Source of the DNA: Octopus vulgaris
Lineage: Eukaryota
Direction of reading: 5' to 3'
DNA: 64,000 bases
Assembly: GCA_951406725.2 (NCBI GenBank)
Contig: OX597829.1
Span: 31,062,001 to 31,126,000, forward strand
In this document: one piece after another, positions 62,611 through 64,000 of the stretch
How positions within the stretch are numbered: the stretch's first letter is position 1
Layout of the letters: the number at the start of each line of letters is the position of its first letter
Notes under the pieces: generated by a model
Databases searched by the model: none
Seen by the model: only the letters and a program-made list of their open reading frames with translations
What the model was told of the DNA's origin: nothing
Made by a program: the position numbers and the translations under genes

Positions 62611-63176
62611 TTGGTTTGTCCGGAAAATTCGTACCGATTTATAGTAGTTTACCTTTCGACTTATTCTAAAACATAGTTGAGTCCATAAAATAGGATTTGG
62701 CTACACCTCCATTTAGAGCACTGTTTAAGCTATCTTTTCGTGGAAGAAGGTTTATGTTCCTATAACCTGTGTTAATTCTGTAACTTTTTAAAATGAAAAA
62801 TAAGAAAGTTCATTTTCGGCACTTGATGCTTTGGGAACCAGACAAAAATTGCTGCAGCTTGGCTGGGATGTGTTACTCCACCCTCCATATTCACCAGATA
62901 TTGCTCCTTTGGATTTCCACTTATTCAGGTCTCTGCAGAATAGTCTTAATGGTAAAAATTTCAATTCCTTGGATGACGTAAAAAGATACCTTGATGAATT
63001 CTTTGCCATGAAACCACCTCAATTTTGGGAAGAGGATATTTTCAAGTTAAAGAAAAGATGGAGACAGATTGTGCAACAAAATGGTTCATATTTGGTTGAT
63101 TAAAAATGTAATGGCAAGTATTTATTGACCTTTTTCTTTCCTTTAAAAATTGGCACAAATTTTCCAGACAACCCAA
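62611..63176 (+). mobile_element. Internally deleted mariner (second family)
   Basis: TA-TTGGTTTGTCCGGAAAATT / AATTTTCCAGACAACCCAA-TA. The N-terminus MKNKKVHFRHLML is joined to the C-terminus LHPPYSPDIAPLDFHLFRSLQN. Confidence 0.92.
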
Positions 63177-63274
63177 TAAATAGCAAACTAAAATAAATAC
63201 TGATGATAGATGCATCCTTCTAAATCCCTTGAAGACAGTGATCCAGCATGGTTGCTGCCTAAAAAGGTAAGGAT

Positions 63275-63590
63275 GACCATGAATGACCATAGGATTGCAC
63301 CTAGAAAGTTACCGCCTGAGGTACAAGTCTGGGCAAGGTTGTTTATGGAAGACCGGCAGTCACCCATGCATACCAGCTTCTCCTCACCATGCCACCGATG
63401 TTATCCAAAGGCAAAGGCTGATACAGATTGGCTCTAGTGACATCACAACTCATTTCTACAGAAGAGTGAACTGGAGCAACATGAAATAAAGTGTCTTACT
63501 CAAGAACACAACACACAACCCAGTCTGGGAACCGAACTCACTACCTCATGATTGTGAGTCCAACACTTTAACCACTGAGTCATGTGCCCC
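63275..63590 (-). mobile_element. SINE family 4
   Basis: Homologous to 20215-20535. Confidence 0.8.
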
Positions 63591-63879
63591 CATTAGGCTA
63601 CTGACTAATGACAGAATAAATCCTGTAGCAATGTTTATACCTGACCTTTGTATGCAGTTGACCACAAGGTCCAGTCCTTGTTGCAGTGTGGTGGTTTGTG
63701 TGCCTCAATAGCCCCAAGAGCTATGCCAGTAGTGTACATGTTTGTAGTAGGGTCTCTCAAGCTGGACAGGTCAAAGGATAGATGTCAGATTAATATGGAC
63801 CACTTCCTCTGGTAGATAAAATGGGTTTGTGTAAGGTCAGCACTCCCACCTAGAAAAGAAAAGGCAAAGTTATAAGTAC

Positions 63880-64000
63880 AGGGGTGGCTATGTGTTAAGA
63901 AGCTTGCTTCCCAACCACGGTTCTGGGTTCAGTCCCACTGTGTGACACCTTGGGCAAATGTCTCCTACTATAGCCTTGGGCTGAGCAAAGCCTTGTGAGT
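63880..64000 (+). mobile_element. SINE family 1 head, cut off by the window end
   Basis: GGGTTCAGTCCCACTGTGTGACACCTTGGGCAA. Confidence 0.8.

Overview
AT-rich, microsatellite-dense eukaryotic DNA. The repeat types (RTE LINEs with (GAT)n tails, several tRNA-derived SINEs, Penelope, Dong/R4, CR1/L2, mariner, hAT, TTAA-MITEs) suggest an octopus or other coleoid cephalopod; this is an inference. I found no convincing host protein-coding exon, so the window looks like a large intron or intergenic region. Most listed ORFs are translations of microsatellites or SINEs. The only long uninterrupted coding frame is a 5'-truncated CR1/L2-type reverse transcriptase (12006-13442, minus strand). The most interesting signal is a set of short non-coding units next to (TA)n/AT-rich tracts that carry type I hammerhead-ribozyme cores (C[U/C]GANGA-stem II-GAAA-stem III-UH, closed by stem I). 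They lie at about 8.2k, 14.2k, 16.3k, 41.7k, 56.6k and 58.4k, alongside Penelope remnants, short direct repeats and many long fold-back palindromes. Together these suggest Penelope-dependent, retrozyme-like non-autonomous elements. Coordinates of degenerate repeats are approximate, and all structures were folded by eye.
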